Assembly (NCBI RefSeq): GCF_009914755.1
Contig: NC_060940.1
Direction: 5' to 3' (one strand)
DNA from: the human T2T-CHM13v2.0 reference genome, Homo sapiens
DNA: 64,000 nt
The position numbers and the translations under genes are program-made. Numbering within the stretch: the stretch's first letter is position 1; every line of letters begins with the position of its first letter. This document shows positions 1 through 18,307 of this stretch, one piece after another. The notes under the pieces were generated by a model that made no database searches, was not told the origin of the DNA, and saw only the letters and a list, made by a program, of their open reading frames with translations.

Positions 1-29
1 AACTTTGGGGGAAAAAAGCACTGTACAAT

Positions 30-882
<853 letters not shown>

Positions 883-2294
883 AAAGCTGGCTATCTTATA
901 CTTATAAATTCAGCCAATGCTACCAGTTTAGTCAATGCCTTTCGATATAAGAAAATTCTAGATTTGTCATCCAATACTGGAAAGCAGCTATAGATCTATA
1001 AGAGTGGTAACAGAGAGGAAAAAAACCCACAGCCAGAGGCCTATATCCACCAAAAACCCTCTTCTAATTCTAACAGTACTCCTAACTCCTTACAGGCACA
1101 ACCCATTAGTTGCCTTTATGACGCTGCCCCATGTAAAGTCTTGCATTGGTCTCCGGTTATTCAGCAACAGGTCAGGCCTGGACAACCCAGTTAAGATGAA
1201 CCTCCCTCTCAATACATCTAAAGGTATCTGGCATAGCAACTGAAGCATATTTTGCTGCCCACCAGGTGTCTAACTTAAACTTCCCAAACTAGAGACTGGG
1301 AATAGCAGGGCAACTCTGAAGGTGGCACAAAGGAGTCCCAAGTCACAAAGGCAGCTAGAGTCCTCACATGCAAACAAAATACCAAGAAATGATAAAAAAG
1401 GAAGGTGACAGACCCACAGTCCAGGACACTTCCCTCCAAACCATCAAAAACTAAGCTACAGGTAGATCCCTTCAGCCTCAGTTTATTCCTCTGAACTGGA
1501 GAGATGCTCGAGAAACTAAACCAATGAGCTCTGAGGAGCTGAAAGTGATCCTTTTAATGTGAATCAGAGATAAAAAGTTAGGATTTATGAGGGAGGATTG
1601 TTGGTATCCTAAGGAAAATAAACCTAGTTTTACAGAAATAAGGATGCCTTGACTCTCCTGTCCAGAGCCTGTAGCCATTCACCACCAGTTACACAAAATG
1701 GAGAAAATACATATATTTCCACAACGATCTCACAGTTTCACTCTGCATGCTAGAAGAAGTCTCCGTCTGGGGTTCATTTATTCCAATTCAGAGACTATCT
1801 GTTTAAAAGATTCAAACTCAATCAGTTTAGCTATTGTCCAAACCAATAAAAAAATTTTTTTTTAACTTGAAATCTAGTAGACAAAGTGGTGAAAAAAAGA
1901 ACAACTGAACTGACAAATTCAAGACAGGCAGGAACATATCTACAGCTCCTAGCTCTCAAATTTGGGGTTACTTTTACTCTACTACCAAACTAACAAGTGC
2001 TCCACCAAGATATTAATTTCATCACCTGCAATGAACAATGGTTGCCAAGAATGTAGAAGGACAGAGTAAAAAGAAAGTTCAGCCTGGATGATGGCACGTA
2101 ATTCACTACCCTGGTGGCATCCCTAAAACTCACTGCACTTGACCTATATAAAAATATTATCTGAGCAATGTTATTTCATCACAGAAAACTTTTCCTCTAA
2201 TCTTTCAAGTTTCATCACCCCAATTACATGATCTACTCCTTGAGGGTAACTGTTTACTCTCAGGAGTTAAAAAAAATTATTTAAAAAGGCAAGG

Positions 2295-3322
<1,028 letters not shown>

Positions 3323-3429
3323 AAAGGCAAGGCATAGAGCAGACCCTTTGAATCTCATTAGGAGAACACTACAACCCTTTCTACTATTGGTTCTGCCTCT
3401 AACATCACTCGCATGACCCAAATGTAATA

Positions 3430-3860
3430 TTGTTATTACTACTATACTTTATTGATCTCTCAGGCCAGGCACTGTTTTAAGCACATTTAACCGTCTTAGA
3501 TGAGCACTATTAACAGTTTTACTTGAGGAAGGACACCAAGGCACAGAGAACTTAAGTAACTGTTTGACGTCACAGAGCGTCTACAGTTGGAGCTAACACC
3601 TGAAACCAGGCAGACCACTTCCTAGGCCATACTCTCTCAGGAAAGAAAAGCATTTTGTAGATTACTAAAACATGACAATCAATCTCTCTACCCATCTATC
3701 TATAGTTTATCTGACTTTCCTAACAATCCTGTGACTTAAGCAGGAAATGTATGCTTATTTCATAGATGAGAAAACAGTCAAGTGGGTATCAATGAAGAAA
3801 CTAGTTCTGGAACTCAAGCCTTCTGCCCTCTCATTTACAGCACTTCTTACACTACACCAC
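3430..3860 (-). mobile_element. MIR fragments
   Basis: MIR core-like gaggaa...aaggcacagagaacttaagtaact and agatgagaaaacag. Confidence 0.55.
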
Positions 3861-6800
3861 CCTGATGATGAGATGGTAGATCCTGAAATTAAACTCTAGA
3901 AACTATCTGGAGCCCTGCTTTATACATGAAAATGGGCACACTATATCAAGATATTCTTTTCACATGTGGTTTGCTCTCAAATAAACTCATATATTAAAGG
4001 GATAAAACTATTAAACTATTAATCCCGAAATCTGCCAAGTGATCATGCTGAGACTTGGAGGAACTCTATGGGTTAAAAAAAAAAAAAACCATAAAAACAC
4101 TATTTACTGAGGCTTCAAGAGAATAAAGCAGCATTTCATTGAAGCATTAAACATGCTGCTGTGGATACTAATCATAGAGAACGCCTGCCTGGGTCCCTAT
4201 AGCCCTCGAGGACTCTTGGATTCCACACTTCAACTAGCAACTTACCAAAGTCAAACACTTCCTTTGAGAAAAATAACTCCAAAAATCATTAGAAACGAAT
4301 TAACTTCATTTGACTCCTGGTGAGTGTTCCTCAATTCTTCCAGTACAGATCAGGACATCACAAAGTCAAACATCCAGCTAATGTCCTAATTATGCTCCTC
4401 GCATCTACCAAGACTTCATGACAGGTACACAAGGTCCTACACCGAGTGCTTCCACCCCCTGACTACATGACGCTGAGCATATACATCCTTTCTCTGGGTC
4501 TTGGTTGATTTGTAAAAAGGGCCTGGGTTCTAATGGTTTCTAGGTTTCTAAGTGCCCGCATTCTGCGATTCTGTTTGACACAGGTTAACTACACTCTTAA
4601 TCTGTGACTCCCCAGTACAATGCTGGAAACGGCCTAGTTCACATATAATTTTTAACATTATTTTTAATGTTAGCAATACTTTAGTGATACTGTTTGCACT
4701 ACTTTTATACCATGAGACATTAGTGAAAATTAGAATGTACCAAAAACTTAGATAAATACCACTAATGTGTTGTTTCAGGAAGATGTCTTCATACACATGC
4801 CTAAATTTAGGAGGGTAAAAAACCTACCACAGGAGAAATAAAGAGGAAATAAAGAGGAAAGCACCATTCTGATATAATATAAAGATCACCAGCTCACGAT
4901 GAAGCTACTAACAAAGATGTATAACCAATGCCCATCCTTTTAACACTACCTACTGACAACACAGAACTTAAAAAATATCTGCAAGTATGCTAAACATGCT
5001 TAAAGAGCAAAATTTTAATACCACCACCCTTTGTTTAAAGCTAAATAATTAATATCTAGGGGAAAATGGATAGTCAATCTGTTTATAAAATAAGACCTCT
5101 AAGAGGAAGCCTTATATGGGAATTTCCAAGTCATTTTGCACTGGTTCAAAATGCTGTTTTTTAAAAATAGTGTTGCTCTTAACTTTTATTCAAGAAATAG
5201 CAGTTTAATTTGAAAGATCCCAAGGACCCCAAGAAGTACTGAAATCTACACACACAGGCAGTATTCATAAAATGCTAAAAGTTGTCAAAGGTGGCCACTT
5301 TTACTTCTGTGTACACTTTTCTAAGAGGTACTACAAAGGAAATGAAGAACTGATTTTTCAAAATCAAAAGATGAAACTTTTGGCACTAATGTAGCTTTCT
5401 GCCCTGCCATATAAACGCTTACCATTTTCCTCCTCCTTTTTCTCTTTTCTCCTCAAAACAATTTGTCAAAAAAAGATACAACCTCTCTATTGATTGGAAA
5501 GTTTTAAGATTTTAGCCACAGAATACCACTTGGGGATAGACAGTAAAATTTTGCTCACCAGTTTCTAAATTCCTAAAACTTTTTAGCAGCTCATTTTTGA
5601 TCAATACCTGGAAATCCACTAATGCAAATTAAATGATATAAAATTCCTCTGTAGTCACTCATCATCCACCCATTCTCACATATATTGCAAAGAACTGATA
5701 CGAAACGTTACTGACTACAAAAGTAAGACCACTTGTCCTCAAGAAAGCCACCCTCTATCTTGGTCACTATGTGCATAATACAATCCTGCAGCTAAAATAC
5801 AGCAGGCTTTTACAAAAAGGAAGGCTGTTCTAGATTCTTCCAAGTTATGAGGAGCTGGTAGTCTGTTAAGGACCTAATTTCCTATGACCAAGCACCACAA
5901 TAGTAGCTATTAGTCATAACTTCAACTTATTTGAATAAAGAAACACAACTTTGGCTAAAGACCTTGTTACCCTGTTCTTTTTAAAAAGTAATACTTTTAA
6001 TTCACAAAACAACAAAACCACAATAATGCCATTAGTGATATATTACCCCATCCTTCAGACAGGAACAAAATCTGGATAGAAATGCCACCGGGCTTTAAAA
6101 AACATAAAGAAGTGAGTCTAATTTTCACTAGTGGTTTAGGCTGCACTGTGAAAACAAACAACATCAAGAAGAAACAAGAAACATTTCATTAACTAGGGGC
6201 CTCCCAAGTCTGATTCCAGGACACTGGTACCTGTTTCTGTGCTCAACGTTCAGATCCTACAATCCAGTGCTAAAATGAACAGTAAGAGATATGAAGAAAT
6301 AGGAAACAGGAGTTCTGGCTAATGGTCATTCAACATAATGACATTAGGTAAGTTTCTTTGTGCCTAGGTCTCCCATTTGTAAAGATAACCTGCAGCAGCT
6401 TACATACTGGGTTTCCTAACATATGCCAAGAATCTTTAAAGTAGGGGGAAAGCTAGAGCCTATAAAGCTCTTTGGATGATGAAGCAGCAATGCGATGCTC
6501 TCCTAAATGAACATGCTGGTATTTATACACACACCTGAATGCTGTTCCTTTAAAAAAAAAAAAGCACCACAGAAAATCATACACTTATTCTAAAAATGCT
6601 GCCATAGCACAAAAGTTCAGACATTTTTCTGGAATTGCTTTAGAGTCAGCAATTCATTCTTCTGAATATACAGCAGTGGAATATGGATATTCCTAATTTC
6701 AATTTACGTTTTGCTTATTTCTTAGATTTGAAGCAGCTTATTGAAAACTTATGCTTATGTACATAAAGCTAATGTATGGCTTTCTAAGGTAATTTTCCTG

Positions 6801-7953
6801 TGACTTAAAAAAAAAAAAACCACCTTGTGACTTCATAAATGCAATTCATATTTAGGGAAGAGAGGAGTCACACTCAGTATCTTCAACATCAGTTCCTCAC
6901 TTCTCAGCCCCAGTGTGTCTGAGAACACAAATAACTTTGCTTTTTCTCTTTACTGCAATTCTGCTCCTTTATCACTAGGCTAGGATGTTTTGAGTGATGG
7001 AGTTAATCATTTTTTCTGAAAGATGATTACCAGAAAGCATAAGCCTGACCCCTCACATTAAACAGGGATTACCTATACCAGCTGCCCTAGCACACAGAAA
7101 CAGCTTTTCTATACCACAGCTTTTCTAGTCCACAGAACCTCTGCAAAAGGGCCACAATGGAAATCACATGTATGCAAAGTGCTTACATCACTCTTCGGTC
7201 TTCTCAATCTCTCACTAAATGACTTGTATCCACATGAAATGATCCGGCAATAACGAGGACCCATCACAGATTCTAAGAACTACTTTTTACTATACCCTAT
7301 AAAACATTATTAAAGCTACACAATCAGTTACCAGAAGGAAAATTTAGCCGACCCTTCATGCTAATTAAAATCATCTTCATCAAAGAGATAACGTCATATC
7401 ATTATCAAATTCATTGCTAAACCATATATTAAGATAGTTTTGTTCCAATTATTACTTTAGTAATTATACATGAACTCTTCTATATTTTTACTAGCTTATA
7501 AGCAACAATGGCTCTCTGGCTTCCCAACAAGGCTTCTCAGCACTACTGGTGCACTGTATCCATACCACCTGAAACTTTACTGCCAAAGGAAAAAAACAAG
7601 TGATTATCCGCTAAGGAATTTCCTTCCACTTGGGCTTGAAATACATTTCTGAAGTCGCTCCAATTTTTTCCAACTTTCTTTCTGGAATAACATACAGCAT
7701 GCACCAAGAGTAACAAACACAGTGCTCAGGGAGCCCTTAAATTGAGAGTGGCTTTTCTGTCTTTTGATTACCTATTTATTTTCTAACAAACGGAGCCCTT
7801 TTGGAATTTTTGCTTTAGGGAATTTACATTTTAGAACAAACACTTTACTGAACTTAGATTTGTGATGTCTGCACATTTTCTTGAAAGTTCATGGGAAAAT
7901 GGGGTGGAAAAAGAAGTAATGAAGGGACATCAGATAAATAAAATTTGAGCGTC

Positions 7954-8260
7954 GGCTGGGCACAGTGGCTCACGCCTCTAATCCCAGCAACTATAGGAGG
8001 CCTGCAAGGAGTCCTTTTGGAGGACTGCTTGAGCTCAGGAGCTTAAGACCAGCCTGGGCAACATGACCAGACCCTGACTCTACAAAAAAATTTTAAAAAT
8101 AGCTGGGCGTGGTGGCATGCACCTGTAGTCCCAGCTACTTGGGAGGCTGAGATGGATCACTGGAGCCCAGGAGTTGAAGGCTGCAGTGAACTATGATCTG
8201 CACTCCAGCCTGGGTGACAGAGTGAGACTCTGACTCTAAACAAATAAATTAAATTAAATT
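7954..8260 (+). mobile_element. AluJ, antisense to CSNK2A2, ~100 bp into intron 2
   Basis: Diverged dimer with J-type right arm and (taaat)n tail. Confidence 0.92.
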
Positions 8261-8346
8261 CAAGCTTGCATTGCCCATTATAGAATGTGACTGGGGTACC
8301 TTACAAACTTTTGCCCTGTGGGGAGGAAAATGTTACATACCACTCA

Positions 8347-8511
<165 letters not shown>

Positions 8512-8979
8512 TTAACCAAGCCTATGCCCACTGTACACGTCATTCAGCCGCTTCCACCAGGCAAACACTTGGAAGTGTCTATACATCACGTCACAACTCA
8601 TTCCCTAAATGAAAGCCACGACATAATCTTGGCTCCCTTCACTCTGCAGAGCTCCTAACCTAATTGGTCTCTCCTAACTTGGGAAGATGGGGCAGGAAGG
8701 CAACGCTCTGAGCCAATCCAGAGGGGCGAGCAAAGCACCCGTCCTGAAGGCCTAGAGGGTGCCCCCTGTGCCCCGCGGCTCCCCAGCACCTGCTTCTCGT
8801 TTCACATCTTCAAGGTAGACAATGCCTGTTTTAAAAATCTGGACGTCTTTAAGAAATTTCCTCCCACCACCTCATCTCAGAAAACCTAAAAGGCAGGGCA
8901 TTTTAATAGCTCCAAAGGACAGCTGTTGACTTCCCACCCCAGTGGAAACCCAGAAGTGTGAGGAAGGGCAGCTCCCTCA

Positions 8980-10040
<1,061 letters not shown>

Positions 10041-10769
10041 ACCCTTTCACTGTCCTTGGAGACCCTATCCCCAGCCCTGCACTCACCCAGCTTTTACCCA
10101 CCCAACACATCCCATACTGACCCTATTCTGACCCTCCTGTCACCCAAACTGTCAAGTCCCTCCCCAGGGCCTCACTCAAACCTCAGAACCTCCCCCACCT
10201 CAATACTTCTCCCTTCCCCCGAGACATACCCCTCCTTCCCCCTCTGGACCCTGCCCTGTTAGGGTAGACTCCTCAGTCCCCAAGGCTTCCTACCCCCGTC
10301 ATTCAGAGTGCTCCTCACAAAACCTTTCTACACTTCCCCCAAATGCCCTTCCAGAGCCTTCCCTGAATATCCACTTTGGTCACTTGGTTAAGCTGGCATT
10401 GACCAGGTTGTGCCACTGCAAAGTTACAATTTTTCCCTTTGTGATTAATAAGTCATTTGTGGGGAGAGACTTTGAGAGTGTAAATCTCCTGTTTGTGTTT
10501 AGGAGGAGGGAGAGCAGGAGAATTGCAAATCCGACCTGAAGGGACAGGCTGGGTTGGGGATGTGCCCAGAGTAGGTGGTCAACTGAGCTGGCCTGGCTTC
10601 CAGTGCTGCCTGCAGCCTTGAACACCCTTCTCCTTTGATCTTCTAGGCCTTTCTTCTGTCTTCCTTTCCCATCCCTCATCCTTTATCGGCAGCACCTCTG
10701 CACCCAGTACAGGTTGCTTTCATTCCAGTCCCCTTTCACATTCTGTTTTCTGGATGAAACCCTGGGCCT

Positions 10770-11005
10770 TCCTGCTTGACACAGCTAAGAGCACAGTCTG
10801 TGGAGTCAGATCTATCCAGCACTGCTACTTAGAAGCTGTGTGACCTTAGGGCAATTACTCAACCTCTCTGTGTCACAGATTCTACAGCATAAAACCAGTA
10901 ATAACGCTCACTTCACAGGGCTGCAAGGAGAATTAAACAAGGTAAACCATGTGAAACACTTAGGATGGTGTTCACTATTAGGATAGCATGTGTTCAATAT
11001 GATTA
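10770..11005 (+). mobile_element. MIR
   Basis: ctgtgtgaccttagggcaattactcaacctctctgtg core. Confidence 0.75.
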
Positions 11006-11193
11006 TTTCCAGGCCTAGGGCCTTTCTCTGCTCATTCCTCCCTCCCTGAGACCACCGTGCATCCGTCTTTTGGTTCCTTCTATCCTCCAAGCTTAACTAG
11101 GAGCCACCCCCAACCCCTCCACCCCACCTTCCCAAGGGTGTCTCCTTTTTCCTATTCAAATTTCACCTTTTTCTTTATTAGTAGTATTTTTTT

Positions 11194-11474
11194 AGAAATA
11201 GGGTGTCTCTATATTGCCCAGGCTGGAGTGCAGTGGCTATTCACAGGCATGATCCCACTACTGATCCGAACAGGAGTTTTGACCTGCTGTTTGCCACCTG
11301 GCAACCTGGTGGTCCTCCAGCCCCAGGAGGTCATCATAGTTGATGCCAAACTTAGTGTGGACACCTGATTGGCATTGCACACTACAGCCCAGAACTCCTG
11401 GGCTCAAACGATCTTCCCACCCCAGCCTCCTGAGGAGTTGGGACTACAGGCATGCCTCCAGCTCAAGTCTCAGC
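11194..11474 (-). pseudogene. 7SL (SRP) RNA retropseudogene (RN7SL-type) with an internal S-domain deletion
   Basis: The reverse complement has both Alu-domain ends plus S-domain sequence absent from Alus (GTGTCCACACTAAGTTTGGCATCAA, GACCACCAGGTTGCC, GCAGGTCAAAACTCC, GATCAGTAGTGGGATC, GTGAATAGCCACTGC). Confidence 0.92.
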
Positions 11475-11739
11475 TTAAAGATCACTTTCTCTAGAGTTGA
11501 TACTTCTCTATCTCAGCACCCTATCCACGTCCTTCATCAAACTGCATATCTTGTCATTATTTGTTTCCTGGGTTATTGTCTGTCCCCTCCTTTGTAAAAA
11601 CAGCACAAGAGCAAGGACAGAGTGTGGGCGCTCACCACTGACTCTCCCAGCATTTGCCACAGTCAGAGACCTTCAGTGAATACAGTGCTACCCCACAGAT
11701 GACTTAGGAATTACCAAGGGGAAACGAGGTCACCACCTT

Positions 11740-12540
11740 ACCCATGGTCCAAACTTCTCATCAGTAGGGAACCAACTGATCCTCTGATGTGATGCACTGA
11801 GAAGGGACACCTCCCCCATGTGGTCCTCCTGCCAAAACATTTAACCTGAATCTAATGATAAGGACACCATCAGACAAATCCAAGCTGGGCGACATTCTGC
11901 CAAACAGCTAGCCTGAGTTCTTCAAAAAGTCAATGTCACTAGGAGAAAGAAAACCAAACGAAACCCTAGATTCGTATTCTTGTTACTGAAGACTTAGAGA
12001 CATAATTAGATGAAGTGTATGATTCTGAATTAGAGTCTGGATTTTTTTTTAAAGTAGAAAGGAAAGGAGGGAAAGAGAAAGAATACAGCTCATATTGGGC
12101 TGGTGCAAAAGTTATTGAAATTCAATTGAAAGTAATGGCGAAAACCGCAGTTACTTTTGCACCAACCTAATAGAAGGGTACTGCAGGGGAAATTTGAATA
12201 TAGGATGTATATTACACAATGTTAATGTATATTACACAACGTTATATTGTATCAATGTTAAAGTTTGTGAGTATGATCATTGTATTTAGTTATGCAGGAG
12301 AATCCCATAATTTTAGGAGTTACATGCCAAGTGTGTAGAGATGAAGAATCAATATTTGCAACTTAGTCTCAAATTGTTCTCCAGGAAAATGTGGGTTTCT
12401 GAGAGCATAAGCATGCATAGAGTGGGGAGGAATTGGGGGAAAATTTTGATAATTAGTGAATGTAGTTGAACAGTACATGAGCTTGCAATTTTTTGGTAGA
12501 ATTTGAAAATTTTCAAAATAAAAACTAGAAAAAAAAATTA
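11740..12540 (+). mobile_element. Old L1M 3' fragment hosting MADE1
   Basis: catcagacaaatccaa..., gtatcaatgttaaag... motifs shared with 39365-40815. Confidence 0.6.
12095..12170. mobile_element. MADE1 (Hsmar1-derived MITE)
   Basis: Palindromic TTGGGCTGGTGCAAAAGT...ACTTTTGCACCAACCTAA flanked by a TA duplication. Confidence 0.9.
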
Positions 12541-12764
12541 ATGGAAAAAGTGGACTTTGGAATTTAATTCCTGAACCTGCAAACCTTTCTAAATCTCTTT
12601 CACTCTAGAAGACATAAATATCCTCAAGCTCTTAATGCAGCTTTAGGATTTGTTTCTGACAAGTCCCTGTGAACTAGACCAGACCAGAGATTCTTAATGC
12701 CAGTCCTTGGATGAATTTCCCCAGTTCTGGGAACCCCTGACACAATATGCAGAATTTGTGGGTT

Positions 12765-12807
12765 TGTGTGTGTGTGTGTGTGTGTGCATGTGCGTGTGTG
12801 TGTGTGT
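12765..12807. repeat. (TG)n microsatellite, interrupted
   Basis: Direct reading. Confidence 0.95.
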
Positions 12808-14208
12808 CCATTCTTTCCTTAGCATACATCAGATTCTCAAAGGAGGCCATGACCCAAAAATGATTCCAAACCACTGGTTTAACTACTATGTCCAACCTCA
12901 GCTGGGGCCTCATTCCTCACCTCCACCCTCGCCCACCTCTGACCCCACCCACCCTCCGTGCACCTTCCTCTCATCCCTCACCACATAGCCCACACCCATC
13001 TCACGTAACCTGATCCCACACCTGCGGGATGCCTGAGGATTCACCCACACACCACTCTGGTGCAACACACTCCTGGATTTGGCTGACACCATACTAACTC
13101 AGCCCTAAAACCTGCAGTCAGTCCACCCACAGCCAAATGGAATATTTCTGTGGTTTGTTGGGAGGTTGGGTGGGCACCCCATGGAATTGGCAGAGACCCC
13201 TGCCTCTCATTTCTGCCCACCCGCCATGAAACTGGCGTGGCTTGAGTTAAGGTGGGCAATTGGAAATGGTACTCATGCAACCCTCACCGAAGGAGTCTCA
13301 CTTGGATATGAAGAGGGATAGGGTGGTGACTCTGCGGGGGAGGTGCCAGGCAGGGAGGGTCCGTGAATTAGAAGTGACTTCCCCTCATTACTCTGTGTGT
13401 GCAGTTTGAGGGTGAGTATAATTCAGTGGTGCAACACAAGGGAATGAAAGAGGGTATTTTGAATCAAATAACCCAACACTTTCATACCACCTCCAATGCC
13501 CCCAAATTCTATCCAAACACCAAAAATCCAAAAAACAAAAGCACATTTTAAAATCCCACTGAAGGCCACCTATCTTCACAAGCCTACTTTCAAAACATTT
13601 GAGAAGTTTATAGGCTTTTATCCTGCATCGATACTTCTCAAGAACCTAGCCTAACAAAATAATGAAAATTATGAACAAAGAATTATTGATCATGATGGCA
13701 ATTTGTGTGTTCATCACACACATAATGATTCTACATCATTGAATCCCGCCAAAACCGTACATGGCTAAAAACCATTGAATTTAGACTTTAAATGGGTGGA
13801 TTTATGTTATGTGAATTTTATCTCAACATAGCTGTTTTTAGAAATCTATAAGGTTGGAGCTCTTGTAAGGGTCCCCTTTGTGCAGAGGAGGAAACCAAGA
13901 CTCCAATGACAATGACCAACTGAGGCAGAGCCTGGATTTGAACTCTGATCTTTCTGACCACCACGTCACTTTCCTTAACCCCTTTCTGATTCAGTATGTC
14001 ATGCAAAGGCCCACAGACGTTCCGCATGATAATCATTATCTTTAATCATGAAAATGTAAAGTGATGTAAATATCACAAGCTGGGGGACCAGCTAAATAAA
14101 TTGTGATACATTCCCTACAGTGAAACTATTAGGCGTTACTAAAAAGCATGATTATGAGGAATTTTTAGCAATGGACAAATTTTAGGACACAAGATTTTTA
14201 AATAGGAG

Positions 14209-15595
<1,387 letters not shown>

Positions 15596-15599
15596 GTAG

Positions 15600-16068
15600 T
15601 GCATGGTTAATAACAAAGACTGTCTCCTTTGATGAAAACTTTACTCAGGCTCCTGAGTCCTTTATAATAAGCTTGATCTTGGACTTCCCTCTCGTCCTTG
15701 TTGAATCTACTTTGAGCAAGAATGCTGCTAATCAGTTGAGCAAAAAATCACTACCTTTGCCATCTGATCACCTTCAGTATCCTATCACCCTGGCCTGCCT
15801 TCCGCAATAACTCTGTCAAGTCAATTTAGCCAGAAACCCCTTGTCCCTGATGTGTCCTCTTAGTAACTTTCTGTCCGCTGACCCCGACTCTGTTCCTTAG
15901 TTATAAATACCCACGTGTTCTTGTTGGAGTAGCTGTTGAGTATGGTCTCTGTCACTCACAGCAAAACCCCTTGCAGTGGTCCCTATACCTGTCGCCATGA
16001 CCCTCATTTGGATAAAGTCTGCCTTACCCTCTTTAACAAAAGTGCCTTGAATAATTTTTTCTTTAACA
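15600..16068 (+). mobile_element. ERV1-class solo LTR (MER31-like)
   Basis: gtcaatttagccagaaacccc motif, poly(A)-signal-like ataaa, ends ttctttaaca. Family assignment tentative. Confidence 0.55.
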
Positions 16069-16186
16069 TTAATATTTTTCAAGAAATTCAAGAGTCAGTC
16101 AGATAAAAAGTGAAACTTGTCCTTCTTTGCCTTCCACATTTCCACAGTTCGGTGTGTATCCTTCCAGGCCTTTTTCTATGCAATAA

Positions 16187-16586
<400 letters not shown>

Positions 16587-16859
16587 TATACCTACACTTA
16601 GATAAATTTTCAGGTATGTAACAAATGCATACAAAAAGAACTGGAAGGAAATGCGTTACATGCTTTGGGGTCTTGGAAGCATAGATTTTACTTTCATAAT
16701 TGGGGGGAATCAAACCAAGGTTTTCAGGCTGTTGACCATCCTAATCCTCCCCTCAAGAACTTGTGGGTTAATGGGGGCTTTACACCAGCTAGGAAAGGAC
16801 AGAGGGTAGGGACGTAGGGTCTTGAGTTCTCTCTGTAATCCAAGGAGTTTATGGGGAAT

Positions 16860-17257
16860 TGCTAAGAGAAAAACTTTAGACAAATTAAATTTAGCAGAGT
16901 TTAATTGAGGAAAGAACGATTCTAGAATCAGGGAGCCCTTAGAACCAGAATAGGCATGGAGAACTCTGACCTGACCGTGGTCAGGCAACATTTATGGACA
17001 GAAAACAAATGAGGTACACAGGCAGTTGGGTTGGTTACAGCTCAGCTCTTGCCTTATTTGAACGTGGTCTGATCAGTGGGGCGCCTGTGATTGACTGAAG
17101 CTTGGCTGCTGTGATTGGCTGAGACTCAGCTGTTTGTTACAATAGTAGACTCCTAAGTTAGGATTTCGGTCGGTTTACCTGCAAGGTAGGTTGCAGTTCA
17201 TTATATAAAGACTCAAGTACGGAGATGTCCGCAGGCCAAATTTAGTTTAATTTACCA
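16860..17257 (-). mobile_element. ERV1-class solo LTR (MER57/MER51-like)
   Basis: aaattaaatttagcagagtttaattgag start, repeated (g)attgg CCAAT-type motifs, TG...CA ends. Family tentative. Confidence 0.6.
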
Positions 17258-17823
17258 GAGTGCTGGACTCTTACCTTGGTGTTTCTTTGAGGCACCAGAC
17301 AGGTGAATAAAATATATACATTAAGGCCAAATTGGCTGCACTCCCCCTGGGAACATGCGCACATAAATTCCTTAGGAATATCACTTTCTTATTCTTTTTT
17401 GTCCTAGTCATCCTTACCGTGTGACCCACTCTGTCCTCCAACCAGAGAATGCCCCTGAGGGGGATGGTGGGAATGTGCCAGAGCCTGTCCTGGGCAAGAG
17501 AGCCAGAGGAATGGGAATTTTCTGCTGGTGCTCCTGTGGGTGACCCCTCTTATTCAGTCTTGCCTGGCTGGAGAAAAGGGCACATATTTTTTTCATTTGG
17601 GGGGTGGGGGGTGCCCACCCCTCACCCCCCAAATGAAGCTCAGTGAACTGAAACTCTTCTAATATTCTCAGGGAAGGATGAATTAATCTCTTTAGACTAA
17701 AATTTAACTAACAGCTATTGCAAAGGGATTTAAATCTTAAATAGGAAAAGGACTAAGAAGTCTGGTGAATGCAGCCTTAATCCTGGAGTTTCAAGAGATA
17801 CAAAAGTGGAGGGGCTACTTTGA

Positions 17824-18307
<484 letters not shown>

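Noticed and set aside
8755-8775. CTCF-like motifs here and at ~18405, ~20475, ~61140
   Set aside because: Each has core mismatches. They cannot be distinguished from chance without a PWM scan or ChIP data.
12206-12245. Short tandem duplications (atgtatattacacaa x2; also ~4835-4860, ~7082-7115, ~19011-19030)
   Set aside because: Ordinary slippage duplications with no sign of function.
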